From the IMG/VR virus record IMGVR_UViG_2703718813_000005: DNA of 12,562 nucleotides. One strand, written 5' to 3'. This stretch comes from a virus. Its lineage: Duplodnaviria > Heunggongvirae > Uroviricota > Caudoviricetes. The translations under genes and the position numbers were made by a program. The notes under the pieces were generated by a model, which was not told the origin of the DNA, searched no databases, and saw only the letters and a list, made by a program, of their open reading frames with translations. Position 1 is the first letter of the stretch, and every line of letters begins with the position of its first letter. Shown here piece by piece: positions 1 to 6,580 of this stretch.

Positions 1-17
1 AATTCAATATAGAGCAC

Positions 18-40
18 AACCGCGCTCTTGCGGTTTTTTT
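18..40 (+). terminator. Rho-independent terminator
   Basis: Stem AACCGC (18-23) / GCGGTT (30-35) with a 6-nt loop, followed by a T-run to 40. Probably ends an upstream transcript. Confidence 0.6.
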
Positions 41-140
41 GTGTCATGAGCAGCATTACGCCCAAATTATGGTGGGGCGTGCAGGGCCAACTTCGGTTGG
101 GCCGGGTTCTTTGGTGACCGGTATTTCCACCCCTGTACGT

Positions 141-179
141 CTCACCACCAATAAGGTCGTGGAAAGCCTTGGTGGTGAG
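141..179. repeat. Perfect 11-bp inverted repeat in the leader of the rha-like gene
   Basis: CTCACCACCAA (141-151) and TTGGTGGTGAG (169-179) are exact reverse complements, separated by 17 nt and followed by TTATTAAAAAT. Lies about 30 nt upstream of the AAGAGG ribosome-binding site. Confidence 0.45.
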
Positions 180-209
180 TTATTAAAAATCACCAAAGAG
201 GCTGCCATC

Positions 210-755
210 ATGGCTACGATCCCAACCCTCACTCAACCTGAAATTGCCATCGTTGATGGTCAGGCTGTTACTTCATCCCTGGCTGTTGCCAACTTCTTCT
301 CCAAACGTCATGACGATGTACTGAAAAAGATCCGCACGCTTGAATGTTCCGCATCATTCACTGCCCGCAATTTTTCGGTGAGTGATTACACCGATTGCAC
401 AGGCCGCAAACTACCTTGCTATCAAATAACCCGCGACGGCTTTGCGTTTCTTGCTATGGGTTTCACGGGTAAACGTGCTGCCCGGTTCAAAGAGGCATAC
501 ATCAATGCCTTTAACCAGATGGAGAAACAGCTTTCAAAGCCCGCTGTACCGAGCGACGTTGCACATAACGCCAGCGTTCTCTGTTCCTACATTTCATCAA
601 TTCATCAGGTCTGGCTGCAGCAGCTTTATCCTATGTTGGCAAAAGCCGAATCTCCGCTGGCTGTTAGCTTATATGACTATATTAATGATGCTTCGGCGCT
701 GGCCTGCCTCATAAATTTGTCGCTGAACCCTTCAGAGGCAAGGGGGCGCAAATGA
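210..755 (+). CDS. Rha-family phage regulatory protein
   Basis: Translation MATIPTLTQPEIAIVDGQAVTSSLAVANFFSKRHDDVLKKIRTLE... matches the Rha/pRha family as I remember it. ATG at 210 has an AAGAGG site 9 nt upstream. The track ORF begins at a TTG at 39, inside the terminator, which I consider less likely. Stop overlaps the next start (ATGA). Confidence 0.7.
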   Translation: MATIPTLTQPEIAIVDGQAVTSSLAVANFFSKRHDDVLKKIRTLECSASFTARNFSVSDYTDCTGRKLPCYQITRDGFAFLAMGFTGKRAARFKEAYINAFNQMEKQLSKPAVPSDVAHNASVLCSYISSIHQVWLQQLYPMLAKAESPLAVSLYDYINDASALACLINLSLNPSEARGRK

Positions 756-976
756 TCCGGAATATTTTCAAACGTTTTACCAATCAGACTTTCCGTTGTC
801 CTCGTCCGGGTCAGTGGTACACCACGCCTGCAGGGCATGTTCTACGTGTTAGCCTGGTTGACCGTGAATGTCAGAAGGTGATTTGTGAACCGCTGGGCCG
901 TAATTACCGCGTCAGTATGCCGCTTATAGCCTTTCGCTCCGGAAAAAACATGAAGCATCTCGGAGGTGCAGCATGA
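752..976 (+). CDS. Small hypothetical phage protein (74 aa)
   Basis: ATG 752 overlaps the rha stop, with AGGGGG 5 nt upstream; its stop overlaps the next start (ATGA at 973). Translational coupling in an operon. No family recognised. Confidence 0.5.
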   Translation: MIRNIFKRFTNQTFRCPRPGQWYTTPAGHVLRVSLVDRECQKVICEPLGRNYRVSMPLIAFRSGKNMKHLGGAA

Positions 977-1791
977 GTATGGAGCTGATGGTTAAAGCGA
1001 TGAAAATTCGAGTGGGTAATCCATTGCGAAAACTGGTTCTGATCAAGCTGGCTGATAATGCCAGCGATCAGGGTGAGTGCTGGCCCAGCTACCAGCATAT
1101 TGCTGACCAGTGCGAGATTAGCAAACGTTCTGTGATGAATCATATTGCGGCCCTTTGTGAGTCCGGGCTGGTAAAAAAAGTCACCCGGAAAGGTGAAAAA
1201 GGTAACTCAAGTAATATCTATCTCCTTCATCTTGATGGTGCAGGAGATTCACTAGGGAGTAGTGCAAATAATTCACTATCTGGTGCAGCAAATTCACCAG
1301 GTAGTGCAGGAGTTGCACCAGGGGGTAGTGCAGGAGATTCACCCAGAACCAGTCACTCTTTTGAACCAGTCAAAGAACCAGTCAATGAACCAATAGCTGT
1401 TGGTGCATCTGCTGATGAGTCTGTGCGAGTTCGTTCAAACCGACCGGAATACTCTCCGGAGTTTGAGCAGGCATGGCTGGCATATCCCAAACGTACTGGT
1501 GGCAATTCAAAATCTGCAGCCTTCAAAGCCTGGAAAGCCCGTTTGAATGAGGGGGTAAACCCCGAAACCATGCTGGAAGGTGTGAAACGCTACGCGGGCT
1601 GGGTATCTGCGATGGGTAACAGCGGCACACAATTTGTGAAACAGGCTGTCACGTTCTTTGGTCCGGATCGTCATTTCGAAGAATCCTGGGAAGTTCCTGC
1701 GGTATCTGTAGCCGGACGCGAGGACCCGTACTTCAAAGCCAGTTACGACAACGTGGACTACAGCCAGATCCCGGCAGGATTCAGGGGGTGA
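973..1791 (+). CDS. HTH-domain protein, phage replication-initiator / replisome-organiser-like
   Basis: N-terminus LRKLVLIKLADNASDQGECWPSYQHIADQCEISKRSVMNHIAALCESGLVKK resembles the helix-turn-helix domain of phage replication initiators. A central Gly/Ser/Ala/Pro-rich linker is encoded by DNA repeats. GGAGG lies upstream of ATG 973. The replication role is an inference. Confidence 0.55.
   Translation: MSMELMVKAMKIRVGNPLRKLVLIKLADNASDQGECWPSYQHIADQCEISKRSVMNHIAALCESGLVKKVTRKGEKGNSSNIYLLHLDGAGDSLGSSANNSLSGAANSPGSAGVAPGGSAGDSPRTSHSFEPVKEPVNEPIAVGASADESVRVRSNRPEYSPEFEQAWLAYPKRTGGNSKSAAFKAWKARLNEGVNPETMLEGVKRYAGWVSAMGNSGTQFVKQAVTFFGPDRHFEESWEVPAVSVAGREDPYFKASYDNVDYSQIPAGFRG
1235..1395 (+). repeat. 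Direct-repeat tract inside the 973-1791 gene
   Basis: Exact 15-mer GTGCAGGAGATTCAC at 1238-1252 and 1328-1342, with degenerate copies at about 1262, 1284 and 1304 (roughly 20-24 bp period). GAACCAGTCA occurs at 1346-1355, 1364-1373 and 1375-1384. Encodes a low-complexity linker. Confidence 0.6.
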
Positions 1792-1793
1792 TC

Positions 1794-2282
1794 ATGAGTC
1801 TTTTGAATGACGTTCAGAAATTCATTGAAGCCCATCCGGGGTGTACTTCCGGAGACATTGCGGATGCTTTTGCAGGTTACTCACGGCAGCGCGTTCTGCA
1901 GTCAGCAAGCAAGTTACGTCAGAGCGGGCGTGTGGCTCACCGTTGTGAAGGAGATACACGCAGACATTTCCCGCGCCTGACTGAGAGAGCGCAGGAACCG
2001 GAACCACAACCAGTTCGAGAAACCAGACCTGTGCGCAATTTCTATGTCGGCACTAACGATCCACGGGTGATTTTGTGCCTGACCCGCCAGGCGGAAGAAC
2101 TGGAGTCCAGGGGCTTATACCGTCGTGCTGCAACGGTGTGGATGGCGGCATTCCGTGAAAGCCACTCCCAGCAAGAGCGAAACAATTTTCTGGCGCGTCG
2201 TGAGCGGTGCTTACGGAAAAGCAGCAAGCGCGCTGCATCGGGTGAAGAGTGGTATCTGTCAGGGAATTACGTGGGGGCTTAA
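1794..2282 (+). CDS. PerC-family-like transcriptional regulator
   Basis: C-terminal AEELESRGLYRRAATVWMAAF...ERNNFLARRERC fits the PerC/Pch signature as I remember it (LE-KGL-RRAA-W ... RRERC). N-terminal part looks like a winged helix. ATG 1794 has AGGGGG upstream; a GTG at 1788 is the alternative start. Confidence 0.5.
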   Translation: MSLLNDVQKFIEAHPGCTSGDIADAFAGYSRQRVLQSASKLRQSGRVAHRCEGDTRRHFPRLTERAQEPEPQPVRETRPVRNFYVGTNDPRVILCLTRQAEELESRGLYRRAATVWMAAFRESHSQQERNNFLARRERCLRKSSKRAASGEEWYLSGNYVGA

Positions 2283-2935
2283 TGAGTAATAAATATTGCC
2301 AGGCGCTGGTGGAACTGCGGAACAAACCAGCCCATGAACTGAAGGAAGTGGGCGATCAGTGGCGCACGCCGGACAACATTTTCTGGGGAATTAACACCCT
2401 GTTTGGCCCGTTTGTTCTGGATCTGTTCACTGACGGTGATAACGCCAAATGTGCCGCGTATTACACGGCGGAAGACAACGCGCTGGCGCATGACTGGTCA
2501 GAACGTCTTGCGGAGCTTAAAGGTGCTGCCTTTGGTAATCCCCCATACAGCCGCGCCAGTCAGCATGAGGGGCAATACATCACCGGCATGCGTTACATCA
2601 TGAAACATGCCAGTGCCATGCGTGATAAAGGCGGGCGCTATGTTTTCCTGATCAAAGCTGCCACCAGCGAAGTGTGGTGGCCGGAAGATGCAGATCATAT
2701 TGCTTTTATTCGCGGGCGTATTGGTTTTGAACTGCCTGCCTGGTTTATCCCGAAAGATGAGAAGCAGGTGCCGACAGGCGCTTTCTTCGCTGGTGCTATT
2801 GCTGTTTTCGACAAGACCTGGAAGGGACCGGCAATCAGCTACATCGGGCGCGATGAACTTGAGGCATGTGGTGAGGCGTTTCTGGCGCAGGTTCGCCAGC
2901 AGGCGGAAAAACTGGTCAGGGAGATGGCGGCATGA
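2282..2935 (+). CDS. Phage Dam-type DNA N6-adenine methyltransferase
   Basis: WRTPDNIF ... GNPPYS (NPPY catalytic motif) ... GRIGF is the layout of the small phage Dam family. ATG 2282 overlaps the upstream stop (TAATG). Confidence 0.8.
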   Translation: MSNKYCQALVELRNKPAHELKEVGDQWRTPDNIFWGINTLFGPFVLDLFTDGDNAKCAAYYTAEDNALAHDWSERLAELKGAAFGNPPYSRASQHEGQYITGMRYIMKHASAMRDKGGRYVFLIKAATSEVWWPEDADHIAFIRGRIGFELPAWFIPKDEKQVPTGAFFAGAIAVFDKTWKGPAISYIGRDELEACGEAFLAQVRQQAEKLVREMAA

Positions 2936-3258
2936 CGACGTTAACTCAATGCCAGCAGCAGGTGCTGGATATGCTGATTTCTTATCAGAAAGAACGTGGC
3001 TTCCCGCCAACCAATCAGGAGGTGGCAACCATGCTGGGATACCGTTCAGTGAATGCAGCGGTGGAGCATCTTCGCGCACTGGAGAAAAAAGGCGTCATCA
3101 CGATAAAGCGTGGTGTGGCCCGGGGGATCACGCTTCATACCGTGGTGAAGGACGACGACAGCGAGGCGGTCGGGATTATCCGCTCACTGCTTGCCGGTGA
3201 GGAAAACGCCAGGCTGCGTGCAGCCCATTGGTTACATGAGAGAGGCCTGAAAGTATGA
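2932..3258 (+). CDS. LexA N-terminal DNA-binding-domain homolog, no S24 peptidase domain
   Basis: MTTLTQCQQQVLDMLISYQKERGFPPTNQEVATMLGYRSVNAAVEHLRALEKKGVITIKRGVARGITL aligns closely with my recollection of the E. coli LexA N-terminal domain. Only 108 aa with an unrelated C-terminal tail. AGGGAG site upstream; ATGA overlaps on both sides. Confidence 0.75.
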   Translation: MTTLTQCQQQVLDMLISYQKERGFPPTNQEVATMLGYRSVNAAVEHLRALEKKGVITIKRGVARGITLHTVVKDDDSEAVGIIRSLLAGEENARLRAAHWLHERGLKV

Positions 3259-3650
3259 AGCTGATCCTGCCTTTTCCGCCCAGCGTGAACACGTACTGGC
3301 GACACCCCAACAAAGGGGCGTTTGCTGGTAAGAGCCTGATAAGCGCGGCGGGGCGAAAATTCCAGAGCGCGGCGTGTGCAGCAATAGTTGAGCAGTTACG
3401 TCGTCTGCCAAAACCAACGTCGGCACCTGCTTCAGTGGAGATCGTGTTGTTTCCTCCGGATAACCGGATCCGTGATCTGGACAACTATAACAAGGCGCTG
3501 TTTGACGCCCTGACCCACGCGGGTGTGTGGGAAGACGACAGTCAGGTGAAAAGAATGCTGGTGGAGTGGGGACCGGTTATCCCGGAGGGGAAGGTCGAGA
3601 TCACTATCAGTAAGTACGAAAAAGCGAGTTGCAAATTAGCAACTCGGTAA
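3255..3650 (+). CDS. rusA: RusA-family Holliday junction resolvase
   Basis: LPFPPSVNTYWRH ... RDLDNYNKALFDALTHAGVWEDDSQV follows the RusA pattern (PPS-N-YxR, DLDN, FDAL). About 131 aa. Confidence 0.85.
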   Translation: MKLILPFPPSVNTYWRHPNKGAFAGKSLISAAGRKFQSAACAAIVEQLRRLPKPTSAPASVEIVLFPPDNRIRDLDNYNKALFDALTHAGVWEDDSQVKRMLVEWGPVIPEGKVEITISKYEKASCKLATR

Positions 3651-3695
3651 CGGAATTGAGCAACACCCTAAATTTGGGTATTACCTCGTTAAAGA

Positions 3696-3715
3696 TACTG
3701 TATTTATGAACAGTG
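3696..3715. promoter_or_regulatory. Canonical LexA (SOS) box
   Basis: TACTGTATTTATGAACAGTG has CTGT (3698-3701), an 8-nt AT-rich spacer and ACAG (3710-3713). Sits about 100 bp upstream of the KilA-N gene start, next to -35-like TTGATA (3721-3726) and -10-like TAAGTT (3744-3749). Confidence 0.7.
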
Positions 3716-3812
3716 TATCCTTGATAACTATTAAAAATCGCAGTAAGTTCATCCTGCATCAACGAAAAGGGAGTGCAGTCCCGCTCGTGGATAAAAATTT
3801 GTGGAGAAACCA

Positions 3813-4628
3813 ATGAATCAGTTGCTTGTAATTGATGGCGTTTCTGTGCGCCAGTACTTCGAATCTAACTACTGTCTTAACGACCTTCAGAAAGCTGCTC
3901 TTCTTGCCGCTGGTGAGAATCGCTCCTCCCGTTCGCTGGAAGTTCACGAGTTTATGCGTCGTCCTGAAACGAAGGCTCTTGTGGAATTATTGGAAGAAGA
4001 AACTACGGGAGATTCCCGTAGTATTCCTGTCATCACCATTCAGGGGCGCAATGGTGGGACGTATGTCTGTAAAGAGCTGGTCTATGCATATGCAATGTGG
4101 ATCAGCCCGGCATTCAGCTTAAAAGTGATACGTACTTTTGATGCGCTTCATAATTCATCACCAGAAGAAACCACATCCGACAAAATTAAATCCGGGGTCA
4201 TTCTGCTTGAATCAGCAGCAAAGACTCTAAATCTGTCAAACTCCTCGAAACTTGGTGCATACCAGAAATTATCAAAGGTAGCTGGTCTTCCTGAACTTAT
4301 GCCGATCTATGCCATTGATGCACCTGCTGATGCGCCAGATGGTTCAAGCCGCCCTACGCTGTCGCTGAGTGCACTGCTGAAGCAGTATGGTATCCGCCTG
4401 ACGGCTAATCAGGCATATCACCAGATGGCGAAGCTGGGGATCGTTGAACAACGCGAACGATACAGTCGTACCGCGATTAACAACATCAAAAAATTCTGGT
4501 CGCTGACCGCGAAAGGCTGCATGTTCGGCAAGAACATCACCAGTCCTGCAAATCCGCGCGAGACGCAGCCGCATTTCTTCGAATCCCGATTCCCTGAGCT
4601 GTTAAAGCTGCTCGATACCGTTCATTGA
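3813..4628 (+). CDS. KilA-N domain protein (antirepressor-like)
   Basis: N-terminal region ...YCLNDLQKAAL...GTYVCKELVYAYAMWISPAFSLKVIRTFDAL matches the KilA-N signature (GTWVHP-LA...WLSP-F). ATG 3813 has GGAG 6 nt upstream. A GTG at 3801 is a less likely start. Confidence 0.7.
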   Translation: MNQLLVIDGVSVRQYFESNYCLNDLQKAALLAAGENRSSRSLEVHEFMRRPETKALVELLEEETTGDSRSIPVITIQGRNGGTYVCKELVYAYAMWISPAFSLKVIRTFDALHNSSPEETTSDKIKSGVILLESAAKTLNLSNSSKLGAYQKLSKVAGLPELMPIYAIDAPADAPDGSSRPTLSLSALLKQYGIRLTANQAYHQMAKLGIVEQRERYSRTAINNIKKFWSLTAKGCMFGKNITSPANPRETQPHFFESRFPELLKLLDTVH

Positions 4629-4635
4629 GGTGACC

Positions 4636-5625
4636 GTGAGAGCACTACTGACCCCTGAAATTGCCCCGCGTATGGGGATCGTATTGTTCAGACCAGGTTC
4701 AGAGCTGATGCCCTTGTTTATGCAGGGGCGTGTCCTGCTGGAGCCTGAGCCGGAACGTTATTCATCTTTCGCCAGTGGTGCCGTTCCGGCGGCATCACAA
4801 CCGCTGGCGGATGATCCTGCCGTTCGGGCCGTGTTCCGCAATGAGGCAGTGATCCGTCGTGCTGGTGGCGTGGAATGTCTTGAAAGCTGGTTACTTCGTG
4901 AAAAAGGCTGCCAGTGGCCTCATTCCGACTGGCACAGCGAGAACATGACCACAATGCGACACGCTCCGGGCGCAATCCGTCTGTGCTGGCACTGTGACAA
5001 TCTTCTCCGTGACCAGTTCACGGAACGGCTGGAATCAATGGCAACGGATAACTGTGCCCGCTGGGTGTTGTCTGTTGTGCGCCGTGATCTTGGTTTTGAT
5101 GACAGTCACGTTGTGACAATGCCGGAACTGTGCTGGTGGCTGGTTCGTAATGACCTGGCGGATGCCTTACCGGAAAGTGCAGCCCGTAAGGCCCTGAGAT
5201 TACCGAAGCCTGTTTTGCCGTCTGTCACCCGGGAGAGTGACCTTGTGCCTTCGGTTCCTGCCACCAGCATTATCCAGGATAAAGCGAAAAAGGTGCTGGC
5301 GCTGAAAGTGGATCCGGAGTCGCCGGAGTCTTTTATGTTACGCCCCAAACGTCGTCGCTGGGTTAATGAAAAGTACACGCGCTGGGTTAAGACGCAGCCG
5401 TGTGCATGTTGTGGTAAGCCAGCCGACGATCCGCATCACCTGATTGGCCATGGTCAGGGTGGAATGGGTACTAAAGCGCATGACCTTTTTGTGTTGCCTT
5501 TGTGCAGAAAACACCATGACGAACTGCATGCGGATACCGTGGCATTTGAAGAGAAGTATGGTTCCCAACTGGAGCTGATATTTCGTTTTATCGATCGCGC
5601 GCTGGCGATTGGTGTGCTGTCCTGA
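4636..5625 (+). CDS. DUF968-like protein with a Cys/His-rich C-terminal motif
   Basis: C-terminus CACCGKPADDPHHLIGHGQGGMGTKAHDLFVLPLCRKHHDELH looks like a zinc-binding nuclease-type motif typical of prophage DUF968 proteins found beside Q genes. Start is uncertain: GTG 4636 (GAGG 5 nt upstream) or GTG 4630. Confidence 0.55.
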   Translation: MRALLTPEIAPRMGIVLFRPGSELMPLFMQGRVLLEPEPERYSSFASGAVPAASQPLADDPAVRAVFRNEAVIRRAGGVECLESWLLREKGCQWPHSDWHSENMTTMRHAPGAIRLCWHCDNLLRDQFTERLESMATDNCARWVLSVVRRDLGFDDSHVVTMPELCWWLVRNDLADALPESAARKALRLPKPVLPSVTRESDLVPSVPATSIIQDKAKKVLALKVDPESPESFMLRPKRRRWVNEKYTRWVKTQPCACCGKPADDPHHLIGHGQGGMGTKAHDLFVLPLCRKHHDELHADTVAFEEKYGSQLELIFRFIDRALAIGVLS

Positions 5626-5642
5626 TTTTGTGGAGAAAGTTG

Positions 5643-6005
5643 ATGCGTGATATGTATGAAGTATTGGACCGCTGGGGAGCATGGGCTGCAGCAGAAAATA
5701 GTGGTGTGGACTGGCAGCCGATAGCGGCTGGTTTCAAGGGACTTTTACCACACGGTAAAAAGTCACGTCTCCAGTGTGATGATGATGAAGGCATCATGAT
5801 AGACGGTTGTGTGGCTCGGTTGCGAAAGTATAAACCAGAGGAATATGAGCTGATCATAGCTCACTTTGTTATTGGTATCTCATTACGCACTATTGCCAAG
5901 AAGAGAAGATGTTCAGATGGCACAATTAGGAAGGAATTGCAGACTGCCATGGGGTTTATCAGCGGTGTAATAATAACTATAAACCCCATTATGGTAGTTA
6001 ATTAA
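5643..6005 (+). CDS. Late antiterminator Q (phage 82 / QuuD-like family)
   Basis: MRDMYEVLDRWGAWAAAENSGVDWQPIAAGFKGLL...SRLQCDDDEG...CSDGTIRKELQTA matches the short Q family (LERWGAWAA, IAAGFKG, CSDG). GGAG upstream of ATG 5643. Confidence 0.85.
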   Translation: MRDMYEVLDRWGAWAAAENSGVDWQPIAAGFKGLLPHGKKSRLQCDDDEGIMIDGCVARLRKYKPEEYELIIAHFVIGISLRTIAKKRRCSDGTIRKELQTAMGFISGVIITINPIMVVN

Positions 6006-6573
6006 TGTGAATCCTATCACCAAGATAGTATAGTCCAAAAAATGTTGAAACAAGCATTTGCCATGTAAGGAATAAAAAGATAATGATATAGCACCAGTTT
6101 GCTATATCATTATTCAGTATGTTTATTAGTGGTGTGATAAAAGCGTTGAAAATCACTATGCATATGCTGAGGGCAGTTAAAAATGAAAATAACATGCACA
6201 GAAATAATCTTCTGGTAAGTTTCTCTTGAGTGTCAACAATTCTACCATTTTCTTTTGTTCGTGTAATTTTAATAAAAGGAGTGCCATTAGTTCCTATCAG
6301 AGGGTAGTCAATTTGTTCTCTGTTGAAAGTGGCTATTGCTGCAAGAGCTGCTATATAAAAACCTGGCAGATTTGATACAAATCCAGATATAGACTTAATA
6401 AAGCCGCCATCTTTTAGTAGGTCTGATGTAGGTATTTTAAATAAATAAAAGTAAAAAAAAGAAATCACAGCAAGCCCGGCAGGTGCATAAAAATCGTATG
6501 CGCACTTACCACTAATTCCCTTAATGAAAAGGTAACCAAACGGTCTAAATAAATGTGAAAATATACTAATCAT
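5998..6573 (-). CDS. Small integral membrane protein (191 aa, about four predicted helices)
   Basis: Hydrophobic segments GLAVISFFYFYLF, PGFYIAALAAIATF, LFLCMLFSFLTALSICIVIFNAFI and WCYIIIFLFLTWQMLVSTFFGLYYL. GAGG sits 5 nt upstream of the ATG, and the start lies 7 nt after the upstream gene's stop. Very AT-rich. Its 3' end overlaps the Q stop by a few nt. Confidence 0.6.
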   Translation of the reverse strand: MISIFSHLFRPFGYLFIKGISGKCAYDFYAPAGLAVISFFYFYLFKIPTSDLLKDGGFIKSISGFVSNLPGFYIAALAAIATFNREQIDYPLIGTNGTPFIKITRTKENGRIVDTQEKLTRRLFLCMLFSFLTALSICIVIFNAFITPLINILNNDIANWCYIIIFLFLTWQMLVSTFFGLYYLGDRIHIN

Positions 6574-6580
6574 ATTAGCC

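Noticed and set aside
39-209. N-terminal extension of the rha-like ORF from TTG 39 (or ATG 69)
   Set aside because: TTG 39 lies inside the terminator hairpin and lacks a ribosome-binding site. ATG 210 has a good AAGAGG site, and the family similarity begins there. The upstream in-frame stretch is most likely leader.
2498-3079. 193-aa minus-strand ORF
   Set aside because: Antisense to the Dam-type methyltransferase and LexA-like genes, which have clear motifs. Typical spurious open frame in GC-balanced coding DNA.
2688-3200. 170-aa + strand ORF in an alternate frame
   Set aside because: Overlaps two motif-supported genes out of frame. Arg-rich, low-complexity translation typical of an off-frame read.
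3625-3646. 8-bp hairpin CGAGTTGC / GCAACTCG at the 3' end of rusA
   Set aside because: No T-run follows and it lies inside coding sequence. Insufficient for an intrinsic terminator call.
3798-3809. Identical 12-mer TTTGTGGAGAAA just upstream of both the KilA-N start (3798-3809) and the Q start (5627-5638)
   Set aside because: Contains the GGAG ribosome-binding site in both cases. A few chance 12-mer matches are expected in 12.5 kb, so I cannot separate a shared translation signal from coincidence.
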